Positions 37,711 to 52,280 of a stretch of DNA of 64,000 nucleotides are shown here, one piece after another (the stretch's first letter is position 1; each line of letters starts with the position of its first letter). The notes under the pieces were generated by a model. That model was not told where the DNA came from. It saw only the letters and a program-made list of their open reading frames with translations, and ran no database searches. The translations under genes and the position numbers were made by a program. Origin of the DNA: Obrimoposthia wandeli (taxonomy: Eukaryota); the NCBI GenBank assembly GCA_977020255.1, contig CDROCS010000876.1, positions 62,001-126,000 of the forward strand, written 5' to 3'.

Positions 37711-40700
37711 TGTTGGTTCAAGGGTTTGAACACGGTTGTTGCAAATAATATTCATAATTAATCACTACTAACTATGCAAATATTCTCCTATGGCCACCAA
37801 ATTCTTTAATATTTATTCGACTGTTAAAAATGCATATTAAAAGGTAATAGAGGAAAGATACAATGGAATTACTGATCATCCCTTGTAATTTTATTTGTTT
37901 TCTCCACACATCGAGTTCATATGAGATGAAATGATAAATTACTAAAGCATTCCCGTGCTTAGTGACCTCCTGTACTAAATACTGATTGCTCATGGGTCTT
38001 TAAAGTAAAAATCACTATATATAATTGATTTTACCACTCTAATTTTTATTTTAAAGTATATCAGGTCATCTCACTTGCTCAATTTGTATTTTATCAATCC
38101 ATATGTATTTTGCTAGACTATAAAGGTAAATCAGGATTGTGCCACCTGAAAATGTTATCGTAAATGTATATACAGCACTATGTCACATCATATTCATCGA
38201 CATTACTCATTCACAATCAATTTAATTTTAAAAAAACTGATCTAACTAAGAATATCAAATGATATTTTAAAAGTTAGAGAAAAGTAAATTATGTAAACTA
38301 TGCTTTGAAAAATATTATACAAAAAAGTATATCAAACAATATAGAAAATAATTAATAAATAACCATTAAACAATCCAAAACAATACTTAAAATTTTACTG
38401 ATACTAAAATATTTAAATATTTCGTATAACTGTGACTTTTATAGAAATAATTTATGTATAAACCGTAAAAGAATTATAATCGCCGTCTGATTATTACACA
38501 ATTTTTATTGTCATTGCATTCGATTTTCATTTTTGTCGTATTTTAACCGTATTTTAGTAAAAATAAAATTTTCTCTCTGTATGGAGAAATTATCGGATGT
38601 CAGGTTAGCATGTTAGATGCACTGCACAAAGATAAATCCAGGCCATACAATATATCATGGTTAGCAAAAGTGACAAGTAATTTCTGCTGAATAATTTGAA
38701 ATTTAACGCCAGGAAGAAATTTGATTTGTAGATTTAGCAGCAGTTTCACAAGAGTGATTCCTCACAAGGGCCGTCCTTTTTTGTCGCACACCACATGCAG
38801 AAAGCGAGAAATAAAATGTGTCCAGTTTTCATGAGAGTTCAGATGAACGGGTTTGGACAGCACATTTCTGAACTGCTGCCGTTTTGACTATTTCTTGTGC
38901 TGCCCGCTTCTTGCGTATGGTGGCGGGTATATTATCCACAAGCAGGCCTCTTATGTCATCGAATGGGGTAGTAATGAATTATTTGAAGTAGCCATAGTAA
39001 TGAATTATTTAAAAATATGTATAAAAATTTAATTCTTGTAGGTAGCCAAGCATTCATGTGCTACAGCTAAACTATGTCTTATAGGTTGGGAAACAATAGA
39101 CTATAACTTTACCTTAAAAGCCTACCAAACCACATATATTATACATAGAAAACTTTATCGATATAAATTATAAATTAGAGCTGTTGATAGATTTGTTCTG
39201 ACGCAGAATATCGGATATGTTTGAAAATAAAAATAATGGTGACAGTTTTTATTTTTCAGTTTAGATGTTTTCTTTTATTGGACGTTCTTTTTTTTAATTT
39301 CTGAAATCACTCACTGAGTGAAATATTTTTGTATTATACATTATAAGTCCACCAATATGTTGATTTATTAAGAATTTAATTCCAGAATACGATATAAAAA
39401 CGGAAATTTACTCTGATTTTTGAGTACAATTTCTATAAACTTCTCAAATCCCTGAACAAAGTGCTCCGCATTCTTATCGTCGCCGTATTTTCATCAGTGC
39501 ACCATCACCACAGAAGGGCTTGATAAAATTAGTCGCATTCCTAATCAGTCTGAACCATGGCAAGTTGTTGCCCGATTACTCGCTAATGAAAGGAAATGAA
39601 CATATCACGCTTATTTAGACATAGTTAATGACGAATGTAGATTTTCTCTGTTTCTTCTCCCATTATATTATTCGTCCTTCGCTACCAATTCATTAGTAAA
39701 TTAATATTACAGAAATTTTGATTCGTCATTCAGGAGCTGCTTTGTTTTAGAAATGAACAAACTGCAGCGTAATTATTGAGAATGCAACTCTTTTCTTCTC
39801 TAGCATTATATAAGCCTTACATAAATTGTATTGATTTATATCGTAATTGAAAATAAATAATTACTTAATTAGCAATGCTTTTCTTTCAAACCAAGGGTCA
39901 CCAAACTTTTTTTAAATTAGTGATCCCTTTATGAATTTCTTTGTTCTTCATTGATCTCGACCCCCTCAGAAAAAATCATTTTAATATTTGGAAAAGTAGC
40001 TTAGTAGTAACAATATACAAACTCTTTAAATCTAAATTAACACATTCTTTATTAAAGTTGTTAATATTATATGGATTGATCATCATATAAGCGAATGACG
40101 TGGTTGATGTATTTTAATTTACCCGTTTTATCCCGTTTCTCGATTTTGTCAGAATATCATTGATGTGACCAAATACGGGCTCGGGAATACGATGTAAAAA
40201 TAATCGACTTAGCTTCCAGGTCAGAACACATGTCGAGGAACTCATCACTTAAGTAACAGGGGTCAATTCCATTTTCAACATTCAATCAAGAACGTTCATA
40301 TCCACAAGGTTTTGAAACAAATTTCTAAAAGCTTCTTTCAATTTTTCAAGGTGTTTATTTACTTCTTCCTACTGCTTTATTCAACTGTATAGGTAATAGC
40401 ATTAAATTGACGACTAATCTTTGGTCAATTTTTACTAAATAAATATATTAAAAAAGAAAATAAGTAATAAAAATGAATAAAAATACGGTTTTAAGTTTGT
40501 CATATTTCATATTATTTGCTTATTTAAGTTATTCAAAAATGTTATTTTAAATAGGTCAAATATAATGTAAAGTTTGAATATAAGAAAAACTATTTTAAAA
40601 GTTATTATATTAGATAAATAACTAAATGTTACAAAATTTAATTTTAACTTCAAAATAATTCAAAACATAATTATTATATTTAGCATCATATAAATGAAGT

Positions 40701-42236
40701 TTCCCTGAAATTGTTACTATAAAGGAGCATTTAATCTCAATTAATTTGAATGTTTAGTTCAAAGTTTCTCAGATTTGCAGGTATTTAGCAGTTATGAATG
40801 ATTAATATGATATCATAATTATTTCCCTTTATTTAAATTAATTATCTTATTATTCAGAGATGCCAGGCTCGGATTATTCCCTTGTTTGAAAAAATAGATG
40901 GAAAAGTTTAAAACTAAAAGTTGAAAGGCGAAGGAAACACAAATCAAAACTAAAGTGTTATATTGTTAGATTGGTTACTGTAAATGTATTTTGTAAAGCA
41001 TTGTGTGGTGCTTATCTTTATATGTTTGAAACATTTAAAATTTATTGACATATTCCAATTTCAATTGAAGAAATTTTTAAAACGTCCAATAGTTAAAGCG
41101 GGAGGGCTACCGAAGGACAGCGAAATCATTAGAGAAATTAGCGTGACTACAGCAACCAGATCAGTCAATCATTGCGGTATCGTGAATTATTTGTGTTGAT
41201 GGACAATCTACTCTGACTCTTATGTCGTCTTTCAGACTGGCTCACCTAGATGCTGAATGCAGTGAACTGTGTCTATATGTCATTTCCCACCGCATTAATT
41301 TCCCATGGAGAATCTGCAGCCCAATCACAACCAGCCTCCTCGATTATCGAATATGACTCACAGCACTATGTTTATTTGCCAAACGACATCTTTTGTAGTT
41401 CCTCTTTCTGGCCATTGTGCAATTTCTGTGACGTCACACACTGCTGAACTCGGGGAAGAGATTTTCATTCGATAGTCCTCAAATCTGGTTAAGCAAACAG
41501 AATTGTATTAGAAATTGTTATGTTAGTTTATTTCGGTTGTTTCTGTCTTGCTGCTTTTTAATTTCCATTTTTCATGGTTCGCATTTTCTTGAAAGCAATT
41601 ATTTCAGAGTTGGGTTCTTCCACGACTGAGCAATAAATGATCAAATACTTATTTATCATTTAAAATGGTTGAACTCATTTATCATTTAAAAATTGATTTG
41701 CAACCATAACAATAATACATAAAATATGACGCTGATATGTAATATTTCTTTGAATTTTGATTTAAAATTAATTTTCAGCTTTTCTTGAAGTAGTAGATTG
41801 TTATTTCCAATTTGCGAATGAGAGCCAGAGGTGTGTGCATGTACCTTATAGTGCTTTGTTTGTTGCACACACACATATATGTGAGATGTTTTTCTGGGGT
41901 ATACTTAGCAAATGTTTATTAGCCATACATTTTGAAAGACTAGATTTTATGTGAAAATATAGTATAATGAATTGTTGAAGTAAAGTTAGTAAGTATTGAT
42001 AATGAATTGTGATGAATTTTCTGACTGCGATATAAATTGTAAGGAAAAATTAAACAATGCCAATGAATATGAACAGTACAATGGCGTTGAAAGATTACGT
42101 TGAATTTGAGGCTTGGGATGAGTTAAGAGGTGTTAATAATTATAAAATGTTAAAAAGTCTGTTTAATTCTAAAATTAGAAAAAATCAAAGTTAACTCATA
42201 TCACCAGTTCTGATTACCTAAATTGATCCACTAGAT

Positions 42237-42563
42237 CAACGGTTCACAAACAGTTTTAGCCGTGGAACTCTTACAAAGTTTTCCATAGCTTGCGGAACCC
42301 ATTTTTTATTTTTATGAATGAACCCAGATTTATCAAATTTTAATGAAACATTAAAATTGTTTTCAAATATAGAACTTTGTTTACTTTCACGGAACTTTTT
42401 AAAAAATTCGTATACATTGAAAAATACGTAAATCATATAATAGAATGTATGGTAATATTTTTGAATATAATAGTTTTGTATGGTTGCAATTTGCCCTTTG
42501 GCCGACGGAACGCATTTTTGGCGGAACCCAAGGGTTCCGCAGAACACACTTTATGAATCCCTG
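42237..42563. mobile_element. hAT/Charlie-type MITE (327 bp)
   Basis: Degenerate TIRs CAACGGTTCACAAAC / CAGGGATTCATAAAG. 8-bp TSD cactagat/cactagac. Internal GGAACCCAAGGGTTCC palindrome. Confidence 0.8.
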
Positions 42564-44229
42564 CACTAGACATTCGTATTAAATTAGTATTATTTTGGTT
42601 AAACTATCAATTTAAGCTTTTAGAAATTATACATAAGCAACTAAAGTCAATGAAATACAACTTTATTGAAGTTACTGTCTAAATTTTTTCACAAAATAAT
42701 ATTTTCGTACAGAGGCATTTAATAATTTGAAATTATTTTAAAATGTCAAAATTACTGATTTGGACTCTTTTCAAAAATTATCAACACTGCCGATCTTTTA
42801 ATTACAAATTTTCGGTTGTGCTAACAGTGTCGAGTATTTTAAGTGAATCTAAATATAAATAAAAGTCAAGTTTAACTAAAAAAATGTTTAAAATAAAATA
42901 TGAAATTATTTAATTATAAATTAATAAATTTTCATCACGTTACTTACAAATTTTTCAACGCCAATTTAGTGGTGACATTTTTGATTAATTAGATTCCAAA
43001 GTTGATGAAGATGTTTTGTTAATTTCCGTTAAAACGTTTCAGCACATAAAATTATAAAATTATTATATGACATTTTATTGTAGTATGTTCAAGAAGATCA
43101 TATGAATATCGAGGAATTAATTGGACACTTATTCTCCCAACAGCTGTACTTAGAAAGAGTTTTAATCTTATGTAGTATTTTAATTAAACCTTCTGAGCCA
43201 TTCAAAATTGAGAATGCGTTAAAACTTCAATTTGTTCATTTTAAAAGTAACATGAGTACTAATAAACAATAAAGTTATTGAATAATCGCTTCTAGATTAT
43301 TTACACCCGTTCAATCGCAAGTTGAGCAAGCTGGCCAGCCGTGATGTGGGTCAATAGGGAGCTGGTGATAGTCTGCCAATGACTGAGCAGTCGAGCAGAG
43401 TGATGTACAGGGATTAGGCCAGGCAAGATTAGAGTGAGCGACGTGGATTGTACGTGGAGTGCATCAGCTTCCATAACGGTCCAGTCGTTTGGAAATAGTC
43501 ACTGGCTACAATTACATACACCGACCTTAAGAGCTACTTCTAGCTTAAACTGAAGCGGGTGGATCTATGAAAAACAACCGTGATTTGACACCCTTACGAT
43601 GGTTAGTCATTTGACGAGCCATTTTTAATCATAAATCCTGAAATTGGTGTTTCTTCCCATGGTTAAATGATGCATAAACTTTGTTTTCTATTGCAAATTC
43701 GTAGTTTTCTTTAAGAAAAAGCGCCATCCATTCTCAACTCCCTCATACTGTTGTGAAAATATACCGAAGAAACATTTTTATTTTGTGTGAAAATCTAAAT
43801 ATTGCCACACTATTTAACAAAGCTAAATGTGAGACATAATATTTAACTCCTTTCCTAAATTCTGTAAATACTTCGAGTAATGTTATGCTTTTTTTGGGCT
43901 AACATTGTAAAATTGACTTTACTCTACATTTTATTATGCACTACGCAATTGAGAAATAGCAAATATACAATTATAATAAATAAAGTAAATACAATTACAA
44001 ATCGCTGGCAAAATACATCATCATACATACATTGATAGATATTTAAAACATAGAAATAAAAAGAGAATTCGTAAGATATAATTTCTGAAAGAACAATGCC
44101 AAAAAATACAGACCCTGTAGTTAAAAATCTATTAAAAGAACACATAGTTAAACTTAGCGAAATGCTATTAAGAAGTGTGATTTAGCTTGGTTTAATAGTC
44201 GCATTTTCGAGGGAAAATTTATAGTTTAA

Positions 44230-44640
44230 TTTAAATCGTAATTTTTCCGTCTAGAAAAAACATTCCAGAGGAGGATCGCAATGATTTCGGGAGTAGTCAT
44301 GTTTAATGGTTGCACTAAAATGTGCTTTGTAAATGAATGTTTGAATGGCCCAAATTATCTAAATATATTTTTTTAATTTGTGGAAATAATAATGTCTGTA
44401 TTTGACCTCCACAAACCCCGAACCTCAATTTAATTGAAAATGTGTGGAGCAAGGTAGCAAACAAAATCTATGAAGGATATAAACAATAACGATCAAATAT
44501 GAAATGAAAAATGCAATTTTAGGGGCCTGGAAATCCTTAGATGCTGAATATACCAAATCTTGTATCTATCAATGCTACAACATTTAATAGACTGTGTGAA
44601 TAAAAGAGGATTACAAACTATGTATTAGTATAAATCATGT
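44230..44640 (+). pseudogene. Tc1-like transposase remnant
   Basis: PPQTPNLNLIENVW (cf. WPxxSPDLNPIENxW) at 44406-44447. HSRGGS upstream (cf. GGGSxMVWG). Confidence 0.75.
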
Positions 44641-46439
44641 TAATGTTTGTATTTGAAATATATAGTGCTTTATTTTTTGCTCAAAATTTGTTATAATTCT
44701 TTAAGTATTTTTTGTAAATCTCTATCATTTAAAAATACGAATATGGAAAAACACATATTAAAAAAGTGTAACGGTTATAAAAACACAAGTTTGGCAGTAA
44801 ATTATAAACTTTAAATATTCCTTTATGAAGTAACCTCAAAACCGACGTTCTGGAAATCCAAAATTACTTATAGACAGTTTATAATGTTTACTTAACTTAA
44901 AGTAAAAAATCAAAATTTCTCAATTTTTAAATTTAAAGTAAATATTACAATTTAAGAAATAGGATGAACAGTTCGTAATTTATTATTTTCTTTATTTTGT
45001 TATTATAAACTCAGAAACTATAATGGGAAAACTCTTTTCGTGATGTGAGAGTTCAACTCGTAGTTCACCAAACTTGGACCTGGAGGTGAGTCCTTTGCCA
45101 ATCAACATAAAAAGGCACACAGTCTCGCCAATCATTTGTAGAGCTGTCGTTTCAGTTGGCAGTTCTTGCCTGGTATTCAAGTGGTGAAATCTGTAGCTCA
45201 ACTCTATTTATGTAGCACAAAGATAGTCAGCTGTAATCAAATGAGTGCACCTAAATGACAAAAATGGCATTGCTCAAGACGTCGTTCACAAGGCCTTATA
45301 AGTAGCTTCTGATTTACACAGTTCTTCCTACAAATTTGAAGAATCGAATATCTGATATGTAACCCATGAAGCTGACATGGGTACAATTTATTTTATCAGA
45401 AGCATTTAGCTATACGTAGGGGTTAGTTCAATTTGTATTTGAAAATTTTCAAAAAATAAAAGTTATAGAGTTTTTAAGATCGATACATAAAGTTAAATAA
45501 ACTAATAGAAATTGAATATTTGAGGTGTTATTATTATTTAGAAATAAGAACAAATTTATATTCCATAATAAAATAAACCAACTTAACCCCATTTCAATCA
45601 ACACATAATAACATTTAGTTTTTCCTTTAACTAAATAACATATTGCTAATCTAAATGTGTAGTTAATTTAGTACGAAAATGACATTTAAATATTCAATCT
45701 CATAAAGATTTTAAGATTTTAATGTCAGAAAAATACATTTTTATACACAAAATAATTATTTAACGATCTGCTAGTGACGAGTAATTGAGGTATACACCAA
45801 AATGCGAATAAAAATGTCCTTGTCCGGATTCTTATTGTTGTTTTTTGGTGGGGCTTAATATGCGTTCAAAATTTCGATGATCAGTGCATTGTGCGATTTA
45901 CATTAATTCACCCAGTTTGCTGCGTTCTTCATGAGAAAGCCGAGTGATCCATTGCTTAGAGTGATAATTGATACAAGCGATATTTACCATATCCAGTAAA
46001 CCGTACTAGGTTTTACAGCCTCTGAGACCGAGAGTAAATAATGCCGAATATTATACATCATATGCCTGTTTTCCCGTTATTGCACCGGTCATGTATGTGT
46101 CTGAAAATCGCATTTTAAACATTAATGCATAATTTATATTTTGGAAATGGTGGTATATTAAATTTACTTTTGTCGTAATCAGAATGCAAAACTATCATTA
46201 AGAAACGTAATTACTAGGGAAATTTTTATGTCATATTTTATTTCATCCTTTTTTCTAATTTGTAGAGCAAATCTTCATAAGTTCTTTATAAATTTATAAA
46301 AAAACGTATTAGTTTTAATAATATGTATTTAGAAATTTAGGTATAGTTTTAATTATGTCTAAGGTAATTCGTTTTTTCAATATAATACGTTTAATTTAAG
46401 CAATTTAAATCAGAGAAAGTACTCAGTTACATTAAAGAA

Positions 46440-46760
46440 GATCTTCATTGCAAGAAATGCCTTACATATCTAACATGTGAGAAGCGTTTTGTGGTTGACC
46501 AGCACCGAGATGACAAAAAATACCAGAAACAAGTAGCTGTCAATACAACTATACTGGAAAATTTTATATCAAAGCCAGATTATTCAGTAAAAATATTACG
46601 AGCCTTTCTATCTTCAAATATACCATTGCATAAACTGAACAACCCATTGATTCTAATCAAAGATGCCCTTCAATGTATTACATATTGCGTTGGTAAACCA
46701 GAAATCAGTTTTTTCATCCCATCTTCCTTTAAACAAAAAATAAAAAAAATTATTAGATTT
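46440..46760 (+). pseudogene. CGGBP1-like / hAT-related transposase N-terminal fragment
   Basis: CLTCEKRFVVDQH zinc-finger-like segment and AFLSSNIPLHKLNNP, matching the recalled ANIPLxKLNNP motif of CGGBP1-like proteins. Confidence 0.6.
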
Positions 46761-47592
46761 GTTTAATTTTATGTCCTGCTGAAAGCTCATATTGATTTTC
46801 AAGTAAACGTTCAAGGTTAATAAAAAAGTGCTGCTTCATGTACATTGAAATCTTTGAATCATGATAGAATACCTTGAGAATAAAATATTACCAAACGGGA
46901 ACTTCTATTCCAGTTATTGAGTGGAAAATTCATATGGTTGATCAATTTTCCAATTTTCGAGGCCCGACTAAGTTGCTGAGTAATTTCGTATATTTACATT
47001 TTGCCACATGAGCCTCTATAATGCCAATATGATTTTGAAAGAGTTTACATAGGTTGCTAAATTTAGATGCAAGTACATTATGGTTAATTAAGTAGCCTCC
47101 TTCATTTCATTAGTTTATACGTATAGAAAAAACTTTTAGAAAGTCTAATTACGGCCCTACTCGAATGTGCATTCACGATCCGTTGTAACTAATAAAGACA
47201 CAATTGGACACTGCCATTTGCTTCCGTGCAAGAACAGGTTGCCAAATCCCGGATTTTATTATCCATTAAATAAGCATCCCCGGCCATCTTGAACCGGGAG
47301 TCAACCACATTTCCTGTTGCCAGTCTGTGTCTCAATTAACAACCTGTCTCTCATCATCGTGGTATACTCGCCAATGTCTTCACAACTTCCCGTTTTAGCT
47401 TCTGGCTGAATTTCAAATTAAATTAAGCATCTTATCATATGAAAATTCAAAACTGATTTTAATTTCTATTAATTTTATGATTTTCTATAGATAAAAATGT
47501 AGTTTTTAAACTACTTAATCACGAATGTTCTTTAAATTAAAAAAAAACTATTCATAACTTCTATAATAATTCAACAATAACTCTAACAATAA

Positions 47593-48397
47593 CCCCTAGA
47601 GGACTACCAAGGATTCCTTGGAAAAGTGAATATACAATATTTAAAAATATTTTTTAGAAAGTTAGACAATGTCAGTGAAGTCCACTAATTAAGTTAAATA
47701 ATTACCTTCTAAATAAAGAGAAAGCTTTCTTTTTAACTCTACTAAGACGAAACGTTTGTCTTTACAAAAAAGTATAGTTAGTTTATAGATACGAATATTT
47801 TCCCCTATCTTTAAATATAAACTAAAATATTATATATCTTACTGAAAATTTTTAATTGACACACACAATAAATAAAAGGAATAGAAAACTTAGTTTTTAT
47901 TTGGGTGAAAATAGAAGTGTTTATCAATTAAATTTGTTAGTTTTTCAATACATAATATTTTATATGTAACCACAACAAAAATAAACGTTGCACTAATGTG
48001 AAGACGCCTTCAATAGTATAAATACTATATAAGTATCAAGTTTTTTATTATAAATTTTAGATATTTAGATATACTAAAACAAAATCATCAATCAAATTTA
48101 TATTTATGAAAAAAATTTCAAATATTCATTAAGAGTTAAAATGAAATTTTACTTTGTTAACTTTACTGACCTAATAGTAATAGTAAACAACTAATAGTAA
48201 AGTCAAATCTTAACGCTAATGTGCATAAATTCGAGTCAGATTCAACTATTTTTAGCTTATAAAGTTTAGGAAAAAAGTTTTGTCTTTGTCTCATATGACA
48301 CACTTCAAATTAGGTATATATAAATTTTATTTTAAAATGTTTTTCCAGTCGCCGATAAATTCGAATTAAGATGAGCTTGGATAAAGGTCTTCTAAGG
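47593..48397. mobile_element. Possible piggyBac-type non-autonomous element
   Basis: ATAA|CCCCTAGAGGAC at left vs TTAA|CCTTAGAAGAC (reverse complement) at right. The left TTAA is imperfect. Confidence 0.4.
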
Positions 48398-50229
48398 TTA
48401 ACATAATATTATGTCACAAAATAATTTTTAAAAATGTTACAATTTATATGAGTTTTAAATTAATGAAATATTTAAACAAATTATTAAGTATAAATTTAAA
48501 TATATGTGAATACTACTATATTAATTTTTATATACCATTTATTATTTAAAATTTATTTAAGATTTTTTTTTAGTTTTTATTGATTTTCATTCTGGAAAAC
48601 TTACTTTGTTTAGAATTTTGAGAACATTTTATTTGGGAAAATAAATTAAAAAAATTAAAAGTATTTGAGATATAATGTTCTAAAACTCGCTTAAAATGAG
48701 TGTAACGTATGGTTTCCTTCATTGAAGATGCATGACTTAATACGAATGATTCAAACATCCAATATGTGCCAAATGTTTCACATAATACATCAATATTTAA
48801 TTGAACTGAATATTGTGAACACACATTATTTAAAAATTTGATTCAAATTAAATTATTAAAATCATTTATTGGAATTACATTTAAATTTAATAATTTTCAG
48901 TGAATGCATCTTATTTTTATTATTATTGTGTAAAACCCGTAATAAGGAAAGCTAAACGTTTCAAACAGTAACCATAATAAAAATGCCTCAATTCAGTCTA
49001 AAGGTTGTCTCTAACAAGACTCCACACGAAGAGGAAGAATATTCTCAGTCATTCAGCCCCATTGACACATTGTTAACCTCGTAACTGATATGTCTACTCC
49101 CGTCTGATGTGCCACACTCCCTCGATAAAGCACTGTCCTCGACTGATTTTAGTGAGATCTTTTCACCCAGGCGTTCTAAGACGTATCGCCATTCAAACAA
49201 AACTGCAATTATGAGAGTTTTCTGGCGCCATTTTATTGACCCCCTGTGTAAGTGCAGTAATTAAGCACTTGTGCAATGAATAGGCTGCAGAAAAACCAAA
49301 AAGTGAATAGAGAAAGCCATGAAAAAGAGGTAAAAACGTTGCAGCAAAACCTTGGAGTCATAAAGTTTCATTGTAGACTTAATTAAGCAGTTGTTTTATT
49401 TAATTTTTGTACTGAATGTAGTGTATGAAACATTGAAGGCTCCAACATAATGCAATTTTAAATATGCATTAATTTTCATCACAAATCTGCTTTGTTTTCA
49501 TTTAAGTGTTGTTTTGTTTCTTATCTTGCTTCTAATTCACATATTACAAATACAAAACTGTAAATAATGTAAGTAATACGACGATGTACCTTTTTGCAGA
49601 ATGTTTTTTAATAAATCTCAAAACGTTACTCAAAGAAAGAACATTATTAATGTCTAAATAAATATCTGAGTACATTTCTAGTTTAAAGGTGTTAACTTAT
49701 TACGAAAATGTTGTTGCATCTCGTCAGGATTTTGAGTTATCGACATGGTCAGAAAACGCATTATTATACACTTTTTTATATTTCTTTTAAAATCCATATG
49801 ATATACAAATATTTCATGGAAGCGTTTTAGCAACCGTTTATATTTAAACAGTGTTCATTTAATTACGTTTAAATGATTAATATTTTTTATCCGATACGGT
49901 TTATCCTGATTTTAAATACAAGTAAAAACCGTTCGTGTAAGAAATGTGATTCGGTTTAATTTAGTTATATTTAGCAATAGGAATTAATTATTAGGTACAA
50001 TATTTATTTTATAAGTTGCTTACGGGATATCTATTTATATATTCCAACAGTAATCAGCTAACATAGCTGAATTCCATATGCACTGGTATCTTTTTTCCAT
50101 TAATGATATTGTTTGATTAAACCTTTCACCATATTTGTCGCTAAAAAGTCTTTCAATTTTTCATTTTCCATAATAATCTTATCGATATCCACTTCTGATA
50201 TAGAAATATTACAAATTCGCGGCACTAGT

Positions 50230-50470
50230 TTAAAAGCAGACTTTAAATTTGGGTTCTAAATAATTTTGACGAGAATCCAGTAATTGTTAGGCAAAAATAA
50301 CCGCCACCATGGTGATTCTTCCAAATAATTGGTGCAGCAAAAATCATGCATGACGAGTTCATTTTAGCCAACCTCTTACATATTCTGGGGAATCTGCTAT
50401 AGCATCAATGATGTGCCAATTCTACTCTTATTCACGAAGTTGGATTTCCAAATACTGCAGCAACGCTTCT
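50230..50470 (-). pseudogene. Decayed DNA-transposase fragment (possibly Sola-type; family uncertain)
   Basis: MIFAAPIIWKNHHGGGYFCLTITGFSSK resembles the recalled motif MxFAxPMIWREPxNHxxDCYFCxxxxxGFSxK. Confidence 0.55.
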
Positions 50471-50822
50471 CATATTTTGTGGCTTAATATTTATATATTG
50501 TCCAGGCAACAAGCTTTTAAATATGCAGGTGTGCAGACAACTGATGATCAATAGTTAGTCATTGATTAGTTCAAATCTCAGTCAAAAAACCAATATTTGA
50601 CTCTTAAACTGTCCTTCACGTCGTTCATTTTGAATAAAAAATTTTGTATACAGTTTATAGAATAAACAACACAAATATTGTAAAAAAATGCGTTAAAGAA
50701 AATAATTTTAGAATATTTCAAACTAATAAAATGTTAACAAATATTTCCACTGCGTTTAAGAATGCTCCTTAGACTTTTAAATGGAGAGGAAAAATAAAGA
50801 TTATATACTTAAAACTACGCAG

Positions 50823-51016
50823 ATGCCATCCTTGGATTCTTTACTGCTGTGCATCTCTACTGACATCTGGACTACGATCTCCTATTTCGAGATGGACACC
50901 CAGGTCGGTGATTGCTTCAAGGTACCCGTCAGCTTTTCGAAGGTGTCTGTGGATGGATACACGGACCCCTCTGCTCCCAACCGCTTCTGTCTCGGCAAAC
51001 TCTCCAATATCCACAG
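50823..51016 (+). CDS. Smad4: Smad4/Medea-like exon: start of MH2 domain
   Basis: [20 protein letters not shown]...[21 protein letters not shown] is the co-Smad MH2 N-terminus. The nearest upstream AG is acgcag|ATG (phase 0). Donor CAG|GTCAGT, phase 2. Confidence 0.92.
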
Positions 51017-51689
51017 GTCAGTTGCTGTTGTAGACTTTTGCATTTGAATTAACATTCGTATGACAATTAATTTAATTAAATAAACTATTTCAATTTGATC
51101 TCCGCTAATCCTCGTTTACAAATTCTGTTAAAATGTCTGAAGAAATTACGAGTACGTAGCAAAATCGATTGTTTCTTTGTGATGGGATCCCATGTTTTTC
51201 GATTCAGCCAGACTATATGCTATGCGAGACATCAGTTACTGTATGTTTACTTGCAGGAACGTATTTTAATCTAAGATAAGTTTTATATCTTAATAAAAAA
51301 CTCATCATTTTGTTAAATAAGAGAATAAATTTAATTTTTTCGATAGATTTTAGATAAGACACTTCCATTTACTCACAAATTGAATTACCTGTTTTGGTAT
51401 ATGGCTGATACTCGCTATCCACTTCTCCCGTTCCTGTTTGATTTTTTATTTAAAACTCTTGTTAAAACAAAATATCCAATTTGGCCATACCACCGGGGAT
51501 TGCAACAACAGAAGATACTGCCTGCACATTGTCCTTCACAGACTCTAAAATTAGAACGAATTTGGGTTTTTAAAAAGAACAACGTAGGCCATATATTCTA
51601 AGTTTTTCATATCCATTTCTAGAAAACATTTTCCTTTACACATCCTGTTTCATTCACATATATGACTATTATAATTACCATTTGGAATA

Positions 51690-52280
51690 GCTGTACGTTT
51701 ACGTTTCCAGAGCGGAAGTTTATTCCCGTCTGCTGTGACACAATATAACAGTAAAACTATTTTCCCCTGATCCTGTGGTAGTCATTTTAACGTCATTTGC
51801 CCCAACTGACTCAGCAGTATAATTTGTTGGAATTTCGAAGCTCCGAGGCCCCTCAAATATATTACTTCTGTGCATTTAAATCGATGTTTCTAGCAATTTT
51901 TATTTCGGTTATCCGGCAGTTTTGACCGTTTGGCGTAACTGCACGTATTGAAAGTCTATTTCGGTGCATAAAATTAAAACCACACTTTACATGGGCATTA
52001 AAACTAGCAATAGACAGTTATTTGGCAAAAAAGATATAATATCTTAAAGATATAATACGTATATTATTTTAGCACACTTTCTAATTGTGGCCAACTTGGC
52101 TTAGCCTCTTGCTGCGCTCTTTTTGAAGGATTTAGTGTCTTTACCAAATATTTTTGATTTTCCCACTGTCTGACGTCATAAAATCTTGCCGACGCTATGT
52201 TGCCACAAGCCTTGGTATATTCAATTGTCTTCAGTTTCTTTTCGACCGTATACGAATTTATTCTATTCATGTTTAATAAA
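51690..52280 (-). pseudogene. Decayed pogo-like transposase (HTH region plus TADGNKLP)
   Basis: SYTVEKKLKTIEYTKACGNIASARFY...VRQW...SWPQLE, and TADGNKLP near 51720-51740. Confidence 0.7.

Noticed and set aside
39891-39915. hAT-like end ccaagggtcaccaaactttttt
   Set aside because: Single end only; no TSD pair found.
43300-43620. Apparent similarity to the GC-richer tract at 57260-57720 (gcaagc...gtgtgg.tcaa)
   Set aside because: Match too short and gapped to separate from chance without an alignment; both may be old repeats.
45080-45091. Perfect donor-like GAG|GTGAGT
   Set aside because: No upstream acceptor giving an open, phase-compatible exon.
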